Positions 56,226 through 64,000 of a stretch of 64,000 nt of DNA are shown here, piece after piece; positions within the stretch are counted from its first letter, which is position 1; each line of letters begins with the position of its first letter. Source of the stretch: Candidatus Marinacidobacterales bacterium (GTDB lineage Bacteria; Acidobacteriota; Vicinamibacteria; Marinacidobacterales; SMYC01); the NCBI GenBank assembly GCA_965237955.1, contig OZ250169.1, positions 832,001 to 896,000 on the forward strand. The letters are read 5' to 3'. The notes under the pieces were generated by a model that worked only from the letters and a program-made list of their open reading frames with translations, ran no database searches and was not told where the DNA came from. A program made the position numbers and the translations under genes.

Positions 56226-59200
56226 ATGGTGTTGAAGCATACCCAGAAACGGTGCCTGTCCCTCGGATCCCGCGGTCAGCGTCTAGTCGCCTTCGCCGTC
56301 ACGCTGTCGGCGTTGCTGTCCGGCATCGCGGCGCCGCGGGTACACGCCCAGACCACCTGGGGAGTGGAGGTGTCGCCGACCACGCTGACCATTGACGAGG
56401 GAGAATCTCTCACCTACCGCCTGAGACTGACTGAGCCACCCCGCGCCGACGGATGGTGGGTCGTGCTGCGCGTCAACGGCTCGATGCGCGCCGACGGCCG
56501 CTACAGAGGCATCAGTTGGGTGCCGTCGGTCGGCTGGGAGTTCAATCGGGACAACTGGGACACTTGGCGGGAGGTCAGGGTAACGGCGCTTCAGGATGAA
56601 GACAGATTGGATGGGTCGGTGACCTTCACCCATGACGTGTGGGATGAGAATTCCGATTGCCCGGTGAAGGGTGAGAGCCCGGTGACGGTGCGAATCATCG
56701 ACGACGACGATGACCAGGGCAGCAGCCTGCCCACCCTGTCCATCGCGGACGCCGCGGTGGACGAAGGGGGCACGGCCGAGTTCGTCGTGACGTTGACACC
56801 GGCCAGCACCGAGCCGGTGACGGTGAACTTCGAGACGGCGGACGGGACGGCCAAGGCGGACTCGGACTACACGGAGACATCGGGGACGCTGACCTTCACA
56901 GCGGGGCAAACAACGAAGACGATCTCGGTGTCGACCGTGGACGACGACGCCCAGGAGTCGGACGAACGCTTCACGGTGACCCTGCGCAACCCGGACGGGG
57001 CCACGCTGGACGACCACACCGGGGAGGGGACGATCAGGGACAACGACGACGACGACGGCGGTGGCGGTAGAACTCCAGAGCTGTCGATCGGGGACGCGGC
57101 GGTGCAAGAGGGGGGAACGGCCGAGTTCGAGGTGACGTTGAGACCGGCCAGCGAGCAGATGGTGACGGTGCGCTACCAGACGAAGAACGGGACCGCGCTG
57201 GCGGGCTCGGACTACACGGAGACATCAGGGACGCTAACTTTCACAGCAGGGCAAACAACGAAGACGATCTCGGTGTCGACCGTGGACGACGACGCCCAGG
57301 AGTCGGATGAACGCTTCACGGTGACCCTGCGCAACCCGGACGGGGCCACGCTGGACGACCACACCGGGGAGGGGACGATCAGGGACAACGACGACGACGG
57401 CGGTGGCGGCAGAACTCCAGAGCTGTCGATCGGGGACGCGGCGGTGCAAGAGGGGGGAACGGCCGAGTTCGAGGTGACGTTGAGACCGGCCAGCGAGCAG
57501 ATGGTGACGGTGCGCTACCAGACGAAGAACGGGACCGCGCTGGCGGGCTCGGACTACACAGAGACATCGGGGACGCTAACTTTCACAGCAGGGCAAACAA
57601 CGAAGACGATCTCGGTGTCGACCGTGGACGACGACGCCCAGGAGTCGGATGAACGCTTCACGGTGACCCTGCGCAACCCGGACGGGGCCACGCTGGACGA
57701 CCACACCGGGGAGGGGACGATCAGGGACAACGACGACGACGGCGGTGGCGGCAGAACTCCAGAGCTGTCGATCGGGGACGCGGCGGTGCAAGAGGGGGGA
57801 ACGGCCGAGTTCGAGGTGACGTTGAGACCGGCCAGCGAGCAGATGGTGACGGTGCGCTACCAGACGAAGAACGGGACCGCGCTGGCGGGCTCGGACTACA
57901 CGGAGACATCGGGGACGCTAACTTTCACAGCGGGGCAAACAACGAAGACGATCTCGGTGTCGACCGTGGACGACGACGCCCAGGAGTCGAACGAACGCTT
58001 CACGGTGACCCTGCGCAACCCGGATGGGGCCACGCTGGACGACCACACCGGGGAGGGGACGATCAGGGACAACGACGGCGGGGGGGGCGGTAGCCTCCCG
58101 ACCCTGTCCATCGGCAACGCTGCGCCGGTGCCCGAAGGGGGCACGGCCACGTTCCGGGTGACGTTGAGCGCGGCGAGCGAGAACGTGGTGACCGTATCAT
58201 ACAAGACGAAGGACGGGACGGCGGTTGAAGGCTCGGACTACACGATGACCGGGGGAACGCTCCGTTTCGAGCCGAGGGAGACAACGAAGACACTCCGGGT
58301 ACCGACCGTGAACGACGACACGCCGGAGGAGACCGAAGTCTTCACCGTGGAGTTGAGCGCCCCGTCGGGGGCGACGGTGGCCGACGGAACTGGGATGGGG
58401 ACGATCACAGACGAAGACGGCGGGGGCGGTAGCCTCCCGACCCTGTCCATCGGCGACGCCGCGCCGGTGCCCGAAGGGGGCACGGCCACGTTCCGGGTGA
58501 CGTTGAGCGCGGCGAGCGAGAACGTGGTGACCGTATCATACAAGACGAAGGACGGGACGGCGGTTGAAGGCTCGGACTACACGATGGCCGGGGGAACGCT
58601 CCGTTTCGAGCCGGGGGAGACAACGAAGACACTCCGGGTACCGACCGTGAACGACGACACGCCGGAGGAGATCGAAGTCTTCACCGTGGAGCTGAGCGCC
58701 CCGTCGTGGGCGACGTTGGCGGACGACACAGGAGTGGGAACGATCACCGACGACATGGAGCGCCGCATCGGGCTGGTTAACCAGACCGTCCTTCCGGAGA
58801 TAGGGCGGGCGCTGGCTTTCAGCGCTGTCAGGTGTCGCATCGATCAGGCGTTCTCGGACGCCGCCCAGGGCAGGGCGGAGGAGCCGGTTGGCCGTCTGTC
58901 GCTATCTCTCGCGCCGACCTCCGACGGGTGGGCCGCGGCGGGCACCGAACCGCTGACCCTGGAGCAGGCGCTCGGCGATTCGTCGTTCCTGATGCCGTCG
59001 AAGGAGGAAGAGGGCGGCGCGGGGCGTTTCGCGGCGTGGGGCTGCGGCGACTACCGCAACCTGGCGGGCGGCGGCGAGGACGGCGTGGTCGCTTGGAACG
59101 GCGAGGTGTTCAGCGTGCACCTCGGGACCGATGTGCGGCTTGGTTCCAACGTGCTGGCGGGGCTGTCCGTATCCTGGTCGAGGGGTTCGTTCGACTACTA

Positions 59201-60128
59201 CGCGGGCGGCAGAGACGCCGGGGGCGGCGCGTACGAGCTGCAGCTGACGGGCGTCCATCCCTACCTGGGCTGGTCGGTGTCGTCCGACCTGGACGTGTGG
59301 GGAACGGTCGGTCACTCCTGGGGAGAAATCCGGATCGTGGACGACCTCGCCGGGGATCCCCGGACGAGCGAGGCGATGCTGGACTCTGGAGCGGTAGGCG
59401 TCAGCGGTCGGCTCCTGGCGCGCGGGACGACGAGTGTGAAGCTGAAGGGAGAGGGGGCGCTGGCGCGGCTCGACGTCGCGGGCGATGGGGAGACGTTCGG
59501 GGCGGTGACGGTCGACATGCGGCGGCTGCGGCTGAGCACCGAGGCCAGCCATGAGCACGTGTTCTCCTCCGGTGGGTCGCTCACCCCGTGGGGAGAGCTA
59601 GGTGTGCGCCATGACGGCGGCGACGGAGAGACCGGCGCCGGCCTGGAAGTTGGCGGCGGCCTGCGCTACCACAATCCGGAGGCGGGGTGGACCACCGAGG
59701 GCTACGGCCGCTGGCTGGCGGTGCACGAGGGCACGATACGGGAATGGGGCTTCGGCGCGCTGCTCCGCTTCGCTCCTGGAGCGTCCGGCCACGGCCCGTC
59801 GGTGAGCCTGATGCCGGCCTGGGGCGAGACCACGAGCGGCGTGCAGCGCCTCTGGGAGCGCGGCGCCACCGACCCGACCGTGCCCAGCGCCTTGGGCACG
59901 CGCCTGGATGCGCAGCTCGGCTACGGGTTCGCTGCGTTTCGGGAGCGGGGCGTGCTGGCTCCCTTCGGAGCCGTGAGCCTGGCCCGCGAGGAAGGACGGA
60001 GCTACCGGCTGGGCGTACGGCTGGCGGTGGGCCACTCGGCCACCGTGAGCCTGGAGGCCGAACGCCGGGAGCGCACCGCCGCGCCGATGGTCTACGCGGT
60101 CATGGTGCGCGGCGACGTGCGGTTTTAG
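56226..60128 (+). CDS. Calx-beta repeat surface protein with autotransporter-like beta-barrel
   Basis: Signal peptide (VHA|QT), six LSI.DA.V.EG...DGTA..GSDY....GTL.F repeats, RHDGGDGETGAGLEVGGG barrel motif, terminal Phe. Confidence 0.9.
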   Translation: MVLKHTQKRCLSLGSRGQRLVAFAVTLSALLSGIAAPRVHAQTTWGVEVSPTTLTIDEGESLTYRLRLTEPPRADGWWVVLRVNGSMRADGRYRGISWVPSVGWEFNRDNWDTWREVRVTALQDEDRLDGSVTFTHDVWDENSDCPVKGESPVTVRIIDDDDDQGSSLPTLSIADAAVDEGGTAEFVVTLTPASTEPVTVNFETADGTAKADSDYTETSGTLTFTAGQTTKTISVSTVDDDAQESDERFTVTLRNPDGATLDDHTGEGTIRDNDDDDGGGGRTPELSIGDAAVQEGGTAEFEVTLRPASEQMVTVRYQTKNGTALAGSDYTETSGTLTFTAGQTTKTISVSTVDDDAQESDERFTVTLRNPDGATLDDHTGEGTIRDNDDDGGGGRTPELSIGDAAVQEGGTAEFEVTLRPASEQMVTVRYQTKNGTALAGSDYTETSGTLTFTAGQTTKTISVSTVDDDAQESDERFTVTLRNPDGATLDDHTGEGTIRDNDDDGGGGRTPELSIGDAAVQEGGTAEFEVTLRPASEQMVTVRYQTKNGTALAGSDYTETSGTLTFTAGQTTKTISVSTVDDDAQESNERFTVTLRNPDGATLDDHTGEGTIRDNDGGGGGSLPTLSIGNAAPVPEGGTATFRVTLSAASENVVTVSYKTKDGTAVEGSDYTMTGGTLRFEPRETTKTLRVPTVNDDTPEETEVFTVELSAPSGATVADGTGMGTITDEDGGGGSLPTLSIGDAAPVPEGGTATFRVTLSAASENVVTVSYKTKDGTAVEGSDYTMAGGTLRFEPGETTKTLRVPTVNDDTPEEIEVFTVELSAPSWATLADDTGVGTITDDMERRIGLVNQTVLPEIGRALAFSAVRCRIDQAFSDAAQGRAEEPVGRLSLSLAPTSDGWAAAGTEPLTLEQALGDSSFLMPSKEEEGGAGRFAAWGCGDYRNLAGGGEDGVVAWNGEVFSVHLGTDVRLGSNVLAGLSVSWSRGSFDYYAGGRDAGGGAYELQLTGVHPYLGWSVSSDLDVWGTVGHSWGEIRIVDDLAGDPRTSEAMLDSGAVGVSGRLLARGTTSVKLKGEGALARLDVAGDGETFGAVTVDMRRLRLSTEASHEHVFSSGGSLTPWGELGVRHDGGDGETGAGLEVGGGLRYHNPEAGWTTEGYGRWLAVHEGTIREWGFGALLRFAPGASGHGPSVSLMPAWGETTSGVQRLWERGATDPTVPSALGTRLDAQLGYGFAAFRERGVLAPFGAVSLAREEGRSYRLGVRLAVGHSATVSLEAERRERTAAPMVYAVMVRGDVRF
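56722..58752 (+). repeat. Intragenic tandem repeats: four ~342-bp and two ~339-bp units
   Basis: Near-identical DNA units within each group. Confidence 0.92.
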
Positions 60129-60239
60129 CGGTACTTTCGAGTGAACGAACGATTTCGGTCACTCCCCGATGACCTCCGCCCACGCGGGCGGTGCCATTGC
60201 TGTCAAGTTGAGGTCTAGAGCTCGGAGCGGGCCGCTAGA

Positions 60240-60423
60240 TAATGGGGCTCGAGCAACGCGACGTACAACGAGAACACGGCCACGCGCACAGCACCGCCGT
60301 CCAGATCCCGACCCTGCAACCTCCGTAGGATGTCGAGCAGGTCGTCCCAAGTGATCGTGGAGCCGGATCCGGCGGCCCGCCGATGCTCGCACAGGCGCTG
60401 GAACAGGCGCACCAAGAAGATGC
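60240..60423 (-). pseudogene. N6-methyltransferase fragment
   Basis: IFLVRLFQRL...L.G.DLD..AVRVAVFSLY.ALLE, typical of the region after motif I. Confidence 0.55.
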
Positions 60424-61508
60424 GGCGTTGTTGCACCGCTCTGGCTGAGAGCGGACTCCACCTATGGCGGTGGTCGAGGTATGTTCGACCATGACGTATC
60501 CCAAGCGCAGCCAGTACAAGCACGCGAAGCAGAAGAAGTACCACGTTCGCAACTGGCCGGAATACAACGAAGGGCTGCGCCGCCGAGGCGATTTGACGGT
60601 CTGGTTTGACGAGGAGGCAATCGCGAATTGGAAGGCCGACAAAACCGGCAAGCCGGGCGGTCAACAGGTCTATTCAGACATGGCGATTGAAACGGGCCTG
60701 ATTGTCCGGATGGTGTACAAACTTGCCTACCGCCAAACCGAAGGCTTCTTGCACTCGATCGTCTCGCTTGTCGGGCTGTGCATCGAGATCCCGGACTACT
60801 CGACGTTTTGTCGCCGGTCGAGGCTGCTCCGCAAGAAGCTGCGGATTCCGAAAGCCGCAAGCAATCAACCAATCCACCTGATGATCGATAGCACGGGCTT
60901 GAGGATTCATGTTGGAACTGCCCGCAAACCGCCAAAGCGGCGCGCATGGCGCAAGTTGCACATCGCCGTCGATCGCAAGACTGGCAACATTGTTGCGTCG
61001 GAACTGACGGCGTCACGAGCTCGCGACGCAACGCGAGTCCCCGCTTTGCTAAGACAGATTCAAGCACCTCTAGCGTCGGTGGCGGCGGACAGTGCATACG
61101 ACAAGCAAGCGGTCTACGAAGCCATCGAAGCGCACGGCCCTGGACGAAGGACGCGCGTGGTGATTCCGCCGCAACGAAACGCGACGCTCAGTCGGAATTC
61201 GAACACCGCCATGCAGGAGCGCGATCGCCATATTCGTGCCATCGAAAGACACGGCCGACGAGAATGGTACAAGCTCTCAGGCTGCACCGAGCGAAGCATG
61301 GTGGAGAACGCGGTCTATCGCTACAAGGCGATCATCGGTCCCGAGATGCGGGCTCGAACGTTGGCGAGGCAGCGAGTTGAACACCGAATTGGATGCGAGA
61401 TCCTCAACAAGATGACCGCGCTCGGGATGCCTGATACATACTGCGCCGGGTGAAACTGCGACCGGCGCAGAGGGCTCAGCGATTTGCTCCGGGCCGTGCA
61501 ACAACGCC
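60424..61508 (+). mobile_element. Complete IS903-group type A element (1085 bp)
   Basis: IRs GGCGTTGTTGCAC at both ends. Flanks unrelated, no TSD. Confidence 0.92.
60491..61453 (+). CDS. IS5-family (IS903 group) transposase
   Basis: NW.EYN..L..RGDLTVW, PDYST..RR, IDSTG, WRKLH, ADSAYD, RS.VEN..YRYK. Confidence 0.92.
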   Translation: MTYPKRSQYKHAKQKKYHVRNWPEYNEGLRRRGDLTVWFDEEAIANWKADKTGKPGGQQVYSDMAIETGLIVRMVYKLAYRQTEGFLHSIVSLVGLCIEIPDYSTFCRRSRLLRKKLRIPKAASNQPIHLMIDSTGLRIHVGTARKPPKRRAWRKLHIAVDRKTGNIVASELTASRARDATRVPALLRQIQAPLASVAADSAYDKQAVYEAIEAHGPGRRTRVVIPPQRNATLSRNSNTAMQERDRHIRAIERHGRREWYKLSGCTERSMVENAVYRYKAIIGPEMRARTLARQRVEHRIGCEILNKMTALGMPDTYCAG

Positions 61509-61720
61509 GACCTTTGGGGCAGCTCCGCCAAGCTCGCTCTCGCGTATCTTCATGCGCCGCGTTCTCTTGCACGAACGCCAGTGCCGGACCCATGGCGGGC
61601 TTTCGGCCGCAACCCGGCGCGCTCTGGCTGCCATGGCGAACGAGACACCAAGCAACGCCGCTCCCGCAGGGTCCGTTTCTGCCGGCACCCATCTCGTCCG
61701 CGAGTGGAATGGCCGGACCT
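61509..61720 (+). pseudogene. Internal fragment of the DUF2924 gene
   Basis: Matches 39121-39332. Confidence 0.85.
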
Positions 61721-63148
61721 CGTCCTGTGCCAAAACTCGGCCCTTTTGAAATAGGCCATAAATCAGCAGCTTAGTGTCTGTGTTTGCGCCGGGGCTAAGG
61801 GCCGTAGGCTTTACAATCGTCTGGCCCGAGGGTGTTATCTTCAGCTCCATGATGACGTACCACGTGCAATTCCTACTGCTCGTTCTAGCTGGCTGGGTCA
61901 ACCGCCAGCAGCAGGATGTGATCGACTACCAGCAAGAGGAGAACCGTGTGCTCCGAGCCGGGCTTCGGGGCAAGCGTCTCAAGCTCTCTGACGACGACCG
62001 TCGTAGGCTCGCGGTCAAGGCCCAGGCTTTGGGCCGCGAGGCGCTGGCCCAGATTGCGTCCGTTGCCACACCCGCTACGCTTCTGCGTTGGTACCGCTGC
62101 CTCATCGCAGCCAAGTACGATGGCAGCAAGAACCGGAGTCCAGGCCGACCTCCGACGGCGAAGGACATCCGTGAGCTCATTGTGCGCGTGGCGCGGGAGA
62201 ACCCGACGTGGGGATATACGCGCCTGCGAGGCGCACTCAAGAACCTAGGACATGAACTCGGACGCAACACTATCAAGAGGATCCTCGCCGAGCACGGTAT
62301 CGCTCCTGCGCCGGAGCGGGGCAGGAGCATGTCGTGGAGCACCTTCATCAAGGCTCATTGGGGCGCCATCGCTGCGACAGACCTGTTCACCGTCGAGGTT
62401 GTGAACCCGTTCGGGCTCGTCCGCTACCATGTCCTGTTTGTCATCGATATCGCCACTCGCTGCGTGTGCATCGGTGGGATAACGTCGGACCCCAACGGGG
62501 AGTGGATGAAGCAGGTGGCAAGAAATCTCACTGACATGTGGGATGGTTTCCTCCTTGGCAAGCGATACCTCATCCACGACCGGGACCCACTATTCACCGA
62601 GGCGGTACGTGGGCTGTTGAGAGATTCAGGCGTGAAGCCCCTTCGCCTTCCCGCTAATAGTCCGAATCTGAACGCATATGCGGAAAGATTCGTTCTCTCC
62701 ATACGTCGAGAGTGTCTCGACCGCTTCGTACCTCTCAGTGAGCGACACCTGCGCACAGCGGTAACCGAATACGTAGTGCACTATCACACAGAACGGAACC
62801 ACCAAGGTCTCGGCAACGAGCTCCTCACACCTCTGCCGGCAAGCGCGAATGACGCTGGCCCCATCGTGTCGCGAGAGCGACTTGGGGGCATTCTCAACTA
62901 CTACTGCCGTGACGCGTAGATGGTCGCCGGCGACGGTAGCCCCTCGGCGGGCTCGACCGGCGTAGCGTGGAAACAGCTTCAGGAACACGCTTCGATATCC
63001 GCTCTCGACTAGGAGGTCATCTGCATGGTGACGACCCGCCCGCCCAAGACGATTGTAAAGCCCACGGCCCTTGGCCCGGTCGCAAACACAGACACTAAGT
63101 TGCTGATTTATGGCCTATTTCAAAAGGGCCGAGTTTTGGCACAGGACG
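61721..63148 (+). mobile_element. Complete rve-type IS with ~101-bp terminal inverted repeats (1428 bp)
   Basis: 61721-61821 is the near-perfect reverse complement of 63047-63148. Confidence 0.92.
61849..62919 (+). CDS. Integrase-core (rve) DDE transposase
   Basis: [41 protein letters not shown]. Confidence 0.93.
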   Translation: MMTYHVQFLLLVLAGWVNRQQQDVIDYQQEENRVLRAGLRGKRLKLSDDDRRRLAVKAQALGREALAQIASVATPATLLRWYRCLIAAKYDGSKNRSPGRPPTAKDIRELIVRVARENPTWGYTRLRGALKNLGHELGRNTIKRILAEHGIAPAPERGRSMSWSTFIKAHWGAIAATDLFTVEVVNPFGLVRYHVLFVIDIATRCVCIGGITSDPNGEWMKQVARNLTDMWDGFLLGKRYLIHDRDPLFTEAVRGLLRDSGVKPLRLPANSPNLNAYAERFVLSIRRECLDRFVPLSERHLRTAVTEYVVHYHTERNHQGLGNELLTPLPASANDAGPIVSRERLGGILNYYCRDA

Positions 63149-63222
63149 GCCTACAACCAGGATGCTTTGGTGGTCTTCATGTAGGACGTTTTAAGAGCCG
63201 GCGTCGGCTCTACTCAGGGGTA

Positions 63223-63364
63223 GGTGCTTCCGCCATCAAGTGATGGAATGGACTCCTCCGCTGACATAGACGGCATCGATGTGCCAAAGTCAGTCGAATA
63301 CGCATCGAAAAGGAGGAGTCCGAATGAAAGATACGACGATCGCTGTGGATCTTGCAAAGAACGC
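63223..63364 (+). mobile_element. Second IS1111 left end in the same target, truncated
   Basis: Identical to 44953-45093, including the 20-bp target flank. Confidence 0.88.
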
Positions 63365-63684
63365 GTCCCTGTGCCAAAACTCGGCCCTTTTGAAATAGAC
63401 CATAAATCAGCAGCTCAGTGTCTGTATTTGCGACCGGACCAAGGGCCGTAGGCTTTACAATCGTCTGGCCCGAGGGTGTTATCTTCAGGTCCATGATGAC
63501 GTACCACGTGCAATTCCTACTGCTCGTTCTAGCTGGCTGGGTCAACCGCCAGCAGCAGGATGTGATCGACTACCAGCAAGAGGAGAACCGTGTGCTCCGA
63601 GCCGGGCTTCGGGGCAAGCGTCTCAGTCTCTCGGACGACGACCGGCGCAGGCTCGCGGTCAAGGCCCAGGCTTTGGGCCGCGAG
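63364..63684 (+). mobile_element. Left end and 5' part of the long-IR rve IS, interrupted
   Basis: Matches 61721-62040. Confidence 0.88.
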
Positions 63685-64000
63685 GGGGGATGTCCCGCCG
63701 GATGTTGAATTTGGGGTAGCGGCGGCTCCTTGGCCGGCCTAAGAATAGGTCTGCCAATAAACCGTCTCCAGAGGGGGACAAGGAGCCACCAAGGCCTAGG
63801 AAATCAAAGAAGCCAGTAAGAAAGCAAACGCACTCGCCTACGGGCAAGGTAGTTGGCCAAGTCGGTCAGATACTGCTACCGATGATAGCTGGGATCGCGG
63901 CCACGAAGGCGGATCTGACGGAATGGGTGTACGAGCAAGGACTGACAGCTCTGCACCTACTGCTCAGAGAGGACGCCGAGGAGATCGCGGGGCTCAAGGG
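63685..64000 (+). mobile_element. Probable IS256-family element, left end and transposase start
   Basis: GGGGGATGTCC terminus and QILLPM...QGL.AL..LL.EDAEEIAG.KG reading frame running off the window. Confidence 0.55.

Noticed and set aside
56722-58752. Diversity-generating retroelement TR/VR pair
   Set aside because: The repeats are in-frame Calx-beta domains without adenine-specific variation, and the only RT remnants are group II intron-type.

Overview
A GC-rich bacterial window that is almost entirely accessory DNA. The Calx-beta autotransporter-like gene and the Tat-signal SelA-like protein are compatible with an Acidobacteria-like host-associated organism, but this is inference only. 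Intact islands of cargo genes sit in a dense, nested mosaic of mobile-element pieces. The cargo includes a BrxL-like protease, a SelA/DgaE-like PLP enzyme, a CIRCE-controlled hsp20(pseudo)-groES-groEL operon, a tandem HEPN-like pair, a Kef-type antiporter, a four-gene DISARM-like helicase/SNF2/methylase/HNH operon, a duplicated small-terminase-like gene, a DUF2924 + large serine recombinase pair, an M23 peptidase and a 1300-aa Calx-beta protein. The dominant mobile elements are rve/DDE 'integrase core' ISs with YGT...ACR ends. One has ~101-bp terminal inverted repeats, and its end occurs 17 times. Also present are IS5/IS903-group, IS3, IS256 and IS110/IS1111 elements, MITEs, ORF-less group II introns and a tRNA-Thr att remnant. 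Highlights: (1) an IS1111 element whose bridge/seekRNA target and donor guides can be read directly from the sequence and which sits in the terminal repeat of another element; (2) a transposase-less element with perfect 24-bp IRs and an 8-bp TSD carrying a divergent HicB/HicA-like pair; (3) the DISARM-like operon; (4) several unrelated parasites landing on transposon termini. All family assignments come from motif recognition by eye, not database searches. Part of the mosaicism could be an assembly artefact.
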